Shown: positions 1-8,476 of the stretch, one piece after another
Numbering within the stretch: the first letter of the stretch is position 1
Layout of the letters: every line of letters begins with the position of its first letter
Source: a virus
Lineage: Duplodnaviria > Caudoviricetes
IMG/VR virus record: IMGVR_UViG_3300021142_000121
Coordinates: 1-31,414 of that record
Length of the DNA: 31,414 bases
Direction: 5' to 3' (one strand)
Translations under genes and position numbers: made by a program
Notes under the pieces: model-generated
What the model was told of the DNA's origin: nothing
Database searches by the model: none
What the model saw: only the letters and a program-made list of their open reading frames with translations

Positions 1-1741
1 GAATACCTTTAGATGCTGCAGATGCTAAATCAATTTCTTTTTGTGTATATGGAATTGCTTTTTTGACCAACTCTAATTCTTTATTAATTAAATCTTTACG
101 TTCTTGACTAATCTTAGGGTCATTTAACATGACTTTAGCAGATGATTCAACAATTCTTCGCATCTCAGCCATTTTATCAAGAGCTACTTCTAATTTAGCA
201 CCAGCAGGTATTGCAACGCCTTTTTCAATACTTTCTGTTAATCCAACTAAACCTGTCGCAGCTCCCCCTGATTCTAATGACGCTAAACTTCGTGATACAC
301 CTGCCATACGAGTTTGCATTTTTTGAGAAGTAACATCATCCATTTTTTGATTAATTGCTGACAAAGGTGCAGTAAGTAATCCTGAGAAATTCTTTTGTCC
401 AAATAAAGGTGATGTCGTTGTAATTGGTAAACTAGATAAGTTTTCTAACGCATCTGAAGCCTGTGTAATAGATACCATACTACGTTTAATAAATGGGTCT
501 TCTTTACCAGAAGCCACGCCTCTCTTTTGCAAAATAACACCTTCTGATTTTTCTTGAGTAGGTACTCCCTTGAATTCATAATGAACAGGGTCTTCTTTTG
601 GAAATGGTCTAAAGAATCCTTTTGAATTTAAGAACGCTTCAGTACCAGCAGGAGCATTAGTTCCTACATCAATTGCATTGTCATGGAATGTTTGTTTATT
701 AGGGAAGTTAGCAGGATTGGTTGGAATGTATATTCCTTTCTCACCCTTTTGCGCCCTATTGTATAAATCTTGTTGTTGTTCTCTTGTTCTAGTGCCACTT
801 GTAATTGGAATGTCAGTATTAAACTTAGTCTTAAATTCATCTTTTAATGAAGATAATACTTGCTCTGGAATTGGAGTTGATGGACTAGCAGAAACTGCCT
901 GATTAATCTTTTCAGGAGGAACTGTAGCACCAGGCTTAACATCTTTAAATACTTCTTCAATAATTTTAGGGTCAACAGGAATACCGTATTTTTCAGCCAA
1001 TTCAAGAAGTTTCTCTCTATCTCTTATAACATTTCTTGTTTCTTGACGTGCTTCTTTACGTTCTTTCGTTGCTGCTTCATCACGTCTACGAAGTTCAGTC
1101 CTAATTTTTTCTTGGACTTCTAAAGGAGCCATTGCAGCAATTTTTTTCATGTTTTCAGGACTATATTCCATAGGAAATCCTTTAGGAATAGGCATACCAT
1201 TTCTTTCCCAACCTTTTACAACATTATTCCATTCATCCTGATTTGCAGCAGTTGCTAATCCATATAAAGCTGTGTTTTGTTCTTTTTTCTGTAATTCAGC
1301 AGCATTTTTTTCAAAAGTTGTTCCAGTAGTAATTAATCGTCTACCTGCATCAGTTAAATTTGAATGTTCTCTTGAACCTGGAGGATAATATTTTGCTTGT
1401 TGTAAATATTTTTTTCCTTGAGATACTTCTTGATTTGCCCTTAATTTTAAATCATTCATTTGCCCTGCTACAGTAGGCATTCCATTTTCGTCAGTTAATT
1501 TATATTGTGGGCCTAATACATTCTGTGCCATAGTGGCTAATTCAGGTGGTTTACCTTGTTCAGCAATTAATTCTTTTTGTTGTTCGCCTAATTGTAATTT
1601 TTGTAAATCTAATTTTTGTCTTTCAACACCCAACTTTTGTTGTTCAACATCATAGGCTTCAGGAGCCATTTGTCCTTTACGATACGCACCGTATGGGTCA
1701 AACGAAGTTGCTAAATTAAATAGTTCAGTTCCTAGTGCCAT
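1..1741 (-). CDS. DNA ejection/internal virion protein with internal M15-like peptidase domain (3' end runs off window)
   Basis: Not in ORF track (no stop in window). ATG at 1741 lies 2 nt after the previous stop. Reads MALGTELFNLATSFDPYGAYRKGQ..., and spot-checked segments stay in frame to position 2 (...AIPYTQKEIDLASAASKGI). Q/E/K-rich, at the podovirus ejection-protein position. Internal ITSGTRTREQQQDLY...FHDNAID...DPVHYE. Confidence 0.75.
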   Translation of the reverse strand, partial: MALGTELFNLATSFDPYGAYRKGQMAPEAYDVEQQKLGVERQKLDLQKLQLGEQQKELIAEQGKPPELATMAQNVLGPQYKLTDENGMPTVAGQMNDLKLRANQEVSQGKKYLQQAKYYPPGSREHSNLTDAGRRLITTGTTFEKNAAELQKKEQNTALYGLATAANQDEWNNVVKGWERNGMPIPKGFPMEYSPENMKKIAAMAPLEVQEKIRTELRRRDEAATKERKEARQETRNVIRDREKLLELAEKYGIPVDPKIIEEVFKDVKPGATVPPEKINQAVSASPSTPIPEQVLSSLKDEFKTKFNTDIPITSGTRTREQQQDLYNRAQKGEKGIYIPTNPANFPNKQTFHDNAIDVGTNAPAGTEAFLNSKGFFRPFPKEDPVHYEFKGVPTQEKSEGVILQKRGVASGKEDPFIKRSMVSITQASDALENLSSLPITTTSPLFGQKNFSGLLTAPLSAINQKMDDVTSQKMQTRMAGVSRSLASLESGGAATGLVGLTESIEKGVAIPAGAKLEVALDKMAEMRRIVESSAKVMLNDPKISQERKDLINKELELVKKAIPYTQKEIDLASAASKGI

Positions 1742-1743
1742 AA

Positions 1744-2604
1744 TTATGCCGTTGGTGTTGGAGATGGTTGGTTATATCCTGAATATAAACTATATAAAGG
1801 ATTAACAGGAGTTCCTGTAGCAGTTCCGACTCCTGATGCTATTGCTTGTGCGCCACCTAACTGACCACCTAGTTGTCCAGTAAGTAGATTTGCTTGAGAA
1901 GTAGCACCAGCCGCAGGTGATTGTCCAGCACCACTTAATCCTGCCAATGTGGCTAATTGTTGGTTATACGTCTGTCCTGCTAATTGTTGTCCAAACTGTT
2001 GTCCTTGTAACAATGCACCACCTGACACTAACCTACCTTGTGCCGCTTGTTGTGCCTGCATACCTTGTAAGCCTTGTGCTAAGTTAAACTGATAACCAGG
2101 TGTTGAAGTAACTGTTTGAGGATTCTGCATTAACTCAGATAATTGTGCGGCGTATTGTGAACGATAAGGCCCAAATGGGTCAGCCTGTCCTGCTAATCCA
2201 CGCATTTGTTGACCTGCTAATAAGGAACCTACCCCACCCGCTACTTGTCCTAATCCACCAATAATAGGTGCAGCAGTCTTAGCCGCTCCCATAATTTGTG
2301 CTAATGAGGGTAATGAAGATGCTGGAGCAGTAGCACCACCAACTCCTAATGTTGAAGCATCAGCTAAACCTAATCCTGTTCCAGCAGAGTAATCTCCAAC
2401 TCCTAAACCTAATCCAGAACCTAGTGATGAAGCACCTAATTGGGGAGCAACACCGCCAGCACCTAATCCTGCATCTACTGCTGCCGTACCTGCTACATCG
2501 GTAGCTGCTGCTGTTCCTGCAATATCTGCACCTGCTGCGACTCCTGCATCGGTTGCCCCTATCCCTAAAAGATCTGCTGCTCCAACTGCTGCGTCAACTG
2601 CCAT
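1744..2604 (-). CDS. DNA ejection/transfer protein (P22 gp7-like)
   Basis: G/A/Q-rich low complexity. Motif PGYQFNLAQG...AAQGRLVSGGAL is typical of podovirus DNA-transfer proteins. Lies after nozzle and GNAT. Confidence 0.7.
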   Translation of the reverse strand: MAVDAAVGAADLLGIGATDAGVAAGADIAGTAAATDVAGTAAVDAGLGAGGVAPQLGASSLGSGLGLGVGDYSAGTGLGLADASTLGVGGATAPASSLPSLAQIMGAAKTAAPIIGGLGQVAGGVGSLLAGQQMRGLAGQADPFGPYRSQYAAQLSELMQNPQTVTSTPGYQFNLAQGLQGMQAQQAAQGRLVSGGALLQGQQFGQQLAGQTYNQQLATLAGLSGAGQSPAAGATSQANLLTGQLGGQLGGAQAIASGVGTATGTPVNPLYSLYSGYNQPSPTPTA

Positions 2605-2608
2605 AATA

Positions 2609-3061
2609 TTATCCTATAATCTTAGTGAACACTCGTTCAGTTTCTCTATATCCTAGACGGTCAAATATTGCACCTACATCGTGGTGCTTCTTAGTGTTCA
2701 TTATGACTCGTTGGACACCGTACTTCTTTAGGATTTCCTCAGTCTTGATAAACAATTTTACACCAATTAACCCTTTTCTATAATCTTTTGATATATAAAA
2801 TATGTCATTTAGTGCTGTTAGACTGTCCTTATAATGCAAATGGTAACGTATAATACAAATGCAATATCCTATTAATTTACCCTCATCACGTGCCGTAATA
2901 ATCCTCATGGCATCCATATCGCATAATCTCTTATATGCTTCATAATCAGGGTTTAATTTAATAACATCTTTGTTATTAGCTATCTCTTCATAATGAAGGT
3001 CTAATAATGGTTTAATTTCCCCAATAACCTTATCATAAGATTCCTCTTTATATTCAATCAT
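2609..3061 (-). CDS. GNAT-family acetyltransferase-fold protein
   Basis: DIFYISKDYRKGLIGVKL (acetyl-CoA motif A, R/QxxGxG-like), IFDRLGY near C-terminus. ATGA overlap with upstream gene. Confidence 0.85.
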   Translation of the reverse strand: MIEYKEESYDKVIGEIKPLLDLHYEEIANNKDVIKLNPDYEAYKRLCDMDAMRIITARDEGKLIGYCICIIRYHLHYKDSLTALNDIFYISKDYRKGLIGVKLFIKTEEILKKYGVQRVIMNTKKHHDVGAIFDRLGYRETERVFTKIIG

Positions 3062-4626
3062 GTATCCCCCTTTTCAACTTCGCACTCAATATATTGCAAT
3101 CTTAATGGTTCATTGTCTGTATGAAATATGTCAAATGACCTTCTACGACCTTGACCACCCCTATGTACCTGAGATTTAGCAGTATTTAAATTAACATTCT
3201 GCCATTCAGAATAATCATTATAATCATTACTTGTCCAACGCATCAACGCATAAGAGTCTACTTTGTCCCCTATTACTTGCATTTCACGCCAAAACTTACG
3301 GATATTATCCCCACCATCAATTAATGGAGTCCTCGACAATACATAAATAGGATTACCGTCATCTTGATAAACCGTTGGGTCTAATTTATATACCTTTCCA
3401 TTTGACTCATGTTGTAATAAGTCAAAGCCACTAAAACTGGTATAGTTATAACAACTAAAGTATTTCTCGGCATTATCTTCTACAGAACTCCAATATGTCC
3501 ATCCATGTTGAGCAAAGTCATATACAAGAGTAATTCCTACATCTTTTAGGGTCAAAATGTAAAAAGAATGTCCTGAAGTCTTAACACTAAACGCATAGGC
3601 ATTACTTGGGGTACATCTATTTAAAACTCTCTCTACATATTGGTTAGAAATAATCTGTGGGCTTTGACCTGCCAATGCAGTAATCTGATAACCCTTCTGT
3701 TGGCTTGTGGACATCCATACAACGGTATTATCCATTTGTACGACTGTATGTCCCTCAGCACATCCTACTTGTAATACGCTATTCTGATATGGTAAGAATG
3801 GGCTACCTGGTGACGCACCTGCATCATAGAAAAATTCTAAGGTATTTGTTCCCATTGCTAAAATGTAATTAACTGTCCTAGCAATACAGACTAAAGAATC
3901 TGACTGAGATACTGCCCCAATGTAATTAATTGCCTGCCATGTCGTAGGGTCTTCTACGTTCGAGTTATATATTAGCCCTGTTGAATCAGCCACTAAATAA
4001 TATCCATCAATAAATACTGCACCTGTTACAGTAGATGTAGGATAGTTAGTCGTAAACGTAAGTGTTGTTGTTCCATTAGCTGTAGCATTTTGAGATAAAG
4101 TTAAAGTAGTTCCTGCGACAGTCAATACATACGTACCTGCCGTAATACCTGTACCTGATACGTTTTGACCTGGTTGTATCGCTGCATTAGAAGCCGATAG
4201 AGTGACTGTAGGGCTACCTGAACCTGTAGTACCAGACTGTGTTGTAATCGTGCTTGTAAGGTCTAATATCGTGCCTGATGCTATGGTATAAACATATCCC
4301 TTAACTTTGTTCTTAAAGAATACTTGTGTCTGATCTAATGTCTGTATGAAATCATATTTATCGGAACCATCCACAGTTCCTTTTGAAACGCCATTGTCAT
4401 AGAACGTAGTTCCAACAATAGTAAATAAGTGAGTACCAATGGAATAGATGCCATTGCCTGCTCCTGATGAATTGGTTTGATAAGTAGATAGTCCTGGACG
4501 TTTGACTATCGCAGTAGATTCACTTTTCTCAATTTCAATGACTGCATTACCTAACTTAGCATCTTTAGTCAAAGTGCCATCACGAGTGCCAATATTGTGT
4601 CCGAGAGGTACTCTGATAATAGGCAT
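3058..4626 (-). CDS. Tail nozzle / packaged-DNA stabilization protein (P22 gp10-like)
   Basis: Start placed at 4626 (MPIIRVPLG; TAATG overlap with adaptor stop). KRPGL near N-terminus, beta-propeller-like repeats, GHSFYILT..TLVYD..W, C-terminal GQGRRRSFDI. Confidence 0.8.
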   Translation of the reverse strand: MPIIRVPLGHNIGTRDGTLTKDAKLGNAVIEIEKSESTAIVKRPGLSTYQTNSSGAGNGIYSIGTHLFTIVGTTFYDNGVSKGTVDGSDKYDFIQTLDQTQVFFKNKVKGYVYTIASGTILDLTSTITTQSGTTGSGSPTVTLSASNAAIQPGQNVSGTGITAGTYVLTVAGTTLTLSQNATANGTTTLTFTTNYPTSTVTGAVFIDGYYLVADSTGLIYNSNVEDPTTWQAINYIGAVSQSDSLVCIARTVNYILAMGTNTLEFFYDAGASPGSPFLPYQNSVLQVGCAEGHTVVQMDNTVVWMSTSQQKGYQITALAGQSPQIISNQYVERVLNRCTPSNAYAFSVKTSGHSFYILTLKDVGITLVYDFAQHGWTYWSSVEDNAEKYFSCYNYTSFSGFDLLQHESNGKVYKLDPTVYQDDGNPIYVLSRTPLIDGGDNIRKFWREMQVIGDKVDSYALMRWTSNDYNDYSEWQNVNLNTAKSQVHRGGQGRRRSFDIFHTDNEPLRLQYIECEVEKGDT

Positions 4627-5321
4627 TAGCGACCAAACCTTGTTTCTGGCATAAACATAGTAGAAGCCTCTTCTTGGCTCCAATCAATCATCTCATCAAG
4701 CATCTTAGCGGCTCTCATAGCCAACTCTTGACGTATACCTGCTGATACTCCATACTCCATTGCTACTTGGTCAGCCAAGCCAAATTTAAGTAGGTTATAC
4801 CACTCATTAGGGAACTCAGGTACAGAATTGGGGCTTGTAATATCTGAAATAGGTAACTGAACTTGTAGATGGATGGTATAAGTAGAGTCAAAGGGTGTGT
4901 TATATACATAGAGTACACCATTGGTTAATTGTGGGTCGTAATAACATTGATTAGGAACTCCTTGTGAGGGCTTATAACTCTGTTGCATATATTCCTGTCT
5001 ACTAATAACCTGTAGAACAGTATCATTGTTCGTGGAGCTTCTAATAAATGCCATTACTACTCTAAGAGGTCTGTCGGTGACTACATTACCTGTTGGGCCT
5101 AAAGTATACGTTGTTTGTCCTGCAACCATAGGAACTTGTAGGTCTTCTACTTTCCATAATGGTAATCCCTTAGTCTGTAATTGTTTAATGTAGAGGTTTA
5201 ATGCTTCTGCACAGTTTTGATAATCAGCAGGGGTAGGATTATCCCCAGCACCAACGACTCCTAAGACTCGCAACGACCCATTAATAATCTGATCCCTAGT
5301 TACTGTATATGCAGCAGTCAT
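4626..5321 (-). CDS. Head-tail adaptor (P22 gp4-like)
   Basis: TRDQIINGSLRVLGVVGAG..P...ALN, GVPNQCYYD, PEFPNEWYNLLKFGLA. Directly upstream of the nozzle. Confidence 0.75.
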   Translation of the reverse strand: MTAAYTVTRDQIINGSLRVLGVVGAGDNPTPADYQNCAEALNLYIKQLQTKGLPLWKVEDLQVPMVAGQTTYTLGPTGNVVTDRPLRVVMAFIRSSTNNDTVLQVISRQEYMQQSYKPSQGVPNQCYYDPQLTNGVLYVYNTPFDSTYTIHLQVQLPISDITSPNSVPEFPNEWYNLLKFGLADQVAMEYGVSAGIRQELAMRAAKMLDEMIDWSQEEASTMFMPETRFGR

Positions 5322-5638
5322 GATTTTAGAATCCTATAGTTAATATATACAACGTAAACATAAATAATATTAAATAAAATAAATACCAAAGGTACAAAAT
5401 CAAGATTAATTAGATTAAACAAAACTATATAAATATGCTTTGTTGCTAAGTAAGCAAATAGTACAATCAGTATAAATTTTGCAGCGGCAAATCCACCTAT
5501 TACTCCAATTTTGGAGAATAACCAAGCCATAACTGGATTACCTTCATGTCCTTTACCTGACTTAATGACGTTATAGGTTGTCCAAAAGTCTAGGAACTGA
5601 AGAATAATAAAAATAGCTAGGAGTATGTAATTAATCAT
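5318..5638 (-). CDS. Small multi-pass membrane protein (DUF5658-like)
   Basis: Three hydrophobic segments, LDFWTT...GHEGNPVM motif. Translationally coupled on both sides. Confidence 0.6.
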   Translation of the reverse strand: MINYILLAIFIILQFLDFWTTYNVIKSGKGHEGNPVMAWLFSKIGVIGGFAAAKFILIVLFAYLATKHIYIVLFNLINLDFVPLVFILFNIIYVYVVYINYRILKS

Positions 5639-7062
5639 TAGATGGAATCTTCAATAATTAGATTTAATTGTGATATTGAGTAAGAAGTACCGCCAGCAGT
5701 TAAAGCAGCAAAAAAAGCATTATTATTTTGATTTGTAGATTGCTCGACAATATCAAAACGAGGTGTTACAAACCCCCTTACAGAACCATTAAGATAAGGA
5801 GCTAAAGATGCTGGGCCACAAGTAATATTAACATTATTTTGTAACATAGAAAGAGACCTTTGTCCTGAAAATTTAATAGTATATGCAGTAGCAGAGCCAG
5901 TAGTTGAATTATTTACCAAAGTTCCAGATAATCTATATTTAACATAAGAATTATCATTTAACAAACTTCCTATAAATAAATCAGAACCAGTATATCCATC
6001 ATAATTTCCTGTAATTTGAACTGGAGTAGAAGATGTAATAGTGTTTGATAAAACAGTTAAAGGTATTACATGGCGAACTTTATAATCAATTAAAAATGCA
6101 CCTGCTGTTTCAATAACAATAGCTCCTGCATTATCTTGAATTTTAACTCTACCTACACCATTATGATTTACATTGATGGTTGCAGAACCACCTGGCTCAA
6201 AATAGTTTCCGCAAACTACAGCATCATTTGCATCTGTGCCTAAAGTTTCGTTTAAATAAATATCATTTCCTGTGCCTGGTGTAGTAGCATTTGCACCATT
6301 AGACTCAAAATAATTATCACGAACTATTAAGCTACGGCTTGAAATCCCACCGCTTGAATCATGCCTAATTCCATTTCCACTATTTTGCTCAATGTCGCAT
6401 CCACTAATAACTACGCTATTAGAACTTTGAACATAAATACCATCACCAGAGGAATAAAGAATACGACTATCTCTAATGGCAAAATTATGGCACTCTCTTT
6501 GTAAATAAACACTTGTATTAGTTGCGCCAGTAAAAAAACAATTACTTACTTTTGATGTATATGCTTGGTAACCAACTAGACTTGAATAAAATCCAAATAC
6601 TTGACAATTTCTAACCTCAACATTAGATGACCATAAATAAAATCCAAGTGCTCCTGATGATGTTGTTGCAGTTCCATCAAGAATAATATTTTCAATAATT
6701 GCTGTGCTTGTTCTTGGTGTAGAACCTATTACACCTACATTAATACATGGACTTGTTAAAGCAACAGTTGGTTTAATTGTCGCACCACCTGTGGATATTA
6801 AAGAAACATTTAAATTAATATTTAAAGAACTGCTTGTTTTATAAGTTCCTGAAGGAAAATAAACAATACCATTAGTAATTACTTCAGCAGCATTAATAGC
6901 TGCTTGAATAGCTGCAGTATCGTCTGTAGAGCCATCCCCAGCAGCGCCAAAATCTTTAACGCTTAGACAATCAGCAAGTTTTAAATTAATGTCACGATTA
7001 ATTGCACCAGATGGTGTAGAGCCACCATTTTTTAAATCAAATTTTGGTATTAAAGTAGTCAT
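5638..7062 (-). CDS. Tailspike 2, parallel beta-helix depolymerase (pectate-lyase-3-like N-cap)
   Basis: SVKDFGAAGDGSTDDTAAIQAAI...VYFPSGTY followed by N/S/G-rich beta-helix repeats. Short N-terminal arm. Confidence 0.85.
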   Translation of the reverse strand: MTTLIPKFDLKNGGSTPSGAINRDINLKLADCLSVKDFGAAGDGSTDDTAAIQAAINAAEVITNGIVYFPSGTYKTSSSLNINLNVSLISTGGATIKPTVALTSPCINVGVIGSTPRTSTAIIENIILDGTATTSSGALGFYLWSSNVEVRNCQVFGFYSSLVGYQAYTSKVSNCFFTGATNTSVYLQRECHNFAIRDSRILYSSGDGIYVQSSNSVVISGCDIEQNSGNGIRHDSSGGISSRSLIVRDNYFESNGANATTPGTGNDIYLNETLGTDANDAVVCGNYFEPGGSATINVNHNGVGRVKIQDNAGAIVIETAGAFLIDYKVRHVIPLTVLSNTITSSTPVQITGNYDGYTGSDLFIGSLLNDNSYVKYRLSGTLVNNSTTGSATAYTIKFSGQRSLSMLQNNVNITCGPASLAPYLNGSVRGFVTPRFDIVEQSTNQNNNAFFAALTAGGTSYSISQLNLIIEDSI

Positions 7063-7066
7063 ATCG

Positions 7067-7237
7067 TTATCCTATTGCGTTTAATTGTTCATTTGTTGGT
7101 TGTAGATTGCTATTAGACCAATGTTTTATGTAATCGCCTTGCCCATCATTTTGAAGAATAATTGTTACTGTAGAAGGAGAAAAATCTTCAGCAGTTAATA
7201 TTGGGTATATTTTAATAATTTTTTCATATAAAGACAT
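7067..7237 (-). CDS. XkdW-like small tail-fibre-associated protein (56 aa)
   Basis: Hand-translated MSLYEKIIKIYPILTAEDFSPSTVTIILQNDGQGDYIKHWSNSNLQPTNEQLNAIG. YP..DF..LQND.G.GDYI..W..PT pattern. TAATG-coupled to fibre gene. Confidence 0.7.
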   Translation of the reverse strand: MSLYEKIIKIYPILTAEDFSPSTVTIILQNDGQGDYIKHWSNSNLQPTNEQLNAIG

Positions 7238-8475
7238 TACGCACTCCTGACCATAACTGCTTGAAAATATGTTGAATAAGCATTGTTTGACAAGGATTTA
7301 TTTCCGCCTGAAGATTGATATACATATAATTCAACATAATCTGTTGAACCATTAAAATAAATTAAAGCTGATACTAAAAAGCCATATCCTGATACTGGAC
7401 TGTAATCTAAACCATCTTTAAATCTAACACCATTTTTGTAAATTGTAATCAATGCTTCGCTTGTAGTTGCTCCAGTACCAAAAGTACAGTGACCACTTAC
7501 TTGATAATACCCTGCAACAGTAGGTGTAAACCTATAGTTTGTAGTGTTATCAAAATTACTATTTATGTTAAATTCAGTTGCATCTAGCACTACTTTTGTA
7601 AATGAAGCATTAGTAATGGCTTGGGATGAAGCACTTTGATATGCGCTAAAAGCAGGGCCTTGCAAATTATATGCTGTAACATTACCTGTCACACTTAAAT
7701 TACCTGCACCTGGATCAGTTGTGTTTCCTATGGATACACCACCTGAGTTTGCTATTTGCATTGCTTGGGTAAATGTTATAGCGTTTCCAGCTGTGCCTGA
7801 TGGAGCTGTAAACCAAGCATGGACTCCACTACTTTGATTGTAATAAGTTACAGCAACTGCACTAATAGCGTATTTCCATCCTGAGTTATAGTATGCACCT
7901 GATGTTAAATTTATATTTGAGCCTGAAAAACCATATAAAGCATTTCCTACAGTTCCAACTTCAAATGCTTTAGCAGTAGATGATGTTGTCCAAGCACTAG
8001 GAGTAACACCAAGCCCTAAATTGCCTGATGAATCAATACGCATCCGTTCGGTATCATTGGTAAAAAAACCTAATGGATAAGCACCAATATTACGCAAACG
8101 TAACATACCTGGAAAACTACTATGAGATAAACTATCTAATTCTAAAGTTCCTTGAATACTGCTATCAGTAGTTAATAAAACACCTGTAGCCGATCCTGTA
8201 CCAGCCGTAGTATTAGTTATTTGTGTCCATGTAGAACCATTGTAATTTTTTGATACAACTAATGGTTGACCTGGTGCATTTGTACCAATACCTAATCTAT
8301 TATTTGTTCCATCATAAAACAAATTAGAACTACTATTAAATGCTCCTGTACCATTGCCATAAGGTATATATCCAACAGTTAAGGTAGTTAAACCTGTCCC
8401 ACCGTTTGTAGGATTTAATACTCCTGTACTAGAAGCTCCTTCAGCAAGAAATGATAGATTACGAGGAATTGTCAT
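7237..8475 (-). CDS. Tail fibre with C-terminal C1q/TNF-like jelly-roll domain
   Basis: NRLGIGT..P, TERMRIDSSGNLGLG fibre repeats. C-terminal PAFSAY...YRFTPTVAGYYQV...DYVELYVYQ. Confidence 0.8.
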   Translation of the reverse strand: MTIPRNLSFLAEGASSTGVLNPTNGGTGLTTLTVGYIPYGNGTGAFNSSSNLFYDGTNNRLGIGTNAPGQPLVVSKNYNGSTWTQITNTTAGTGSATGVLLTTDSSIQGTLELDSLSHSSFPGMLRLRNIGAYPLGFFTNDTERMRIDSSGNLGLGVTPSAWTTSSTAKAFEVGTVGNALYGFSGSNINLTSGAYYNSGWKYAISAVAVTYYNQSSGVHAWFTAPSGTAGNAITFTQAMQIANSGGVSIGNTTDPGAGNLSVTGNVTAYNLQGPAFSAYQSASSQAITNASFTKVVLDATEFNINSNFDNTTNYRFTPTVAGYYQVSGHCTFGTGATTSEALITIYKNGVRFKDGLDYSPVSGYGFLVSALIYFNGSTDYVELYVYQSSGGNKSLSNNAYSTYFQAVMVRSA

Positions 8476-8476
8476 A

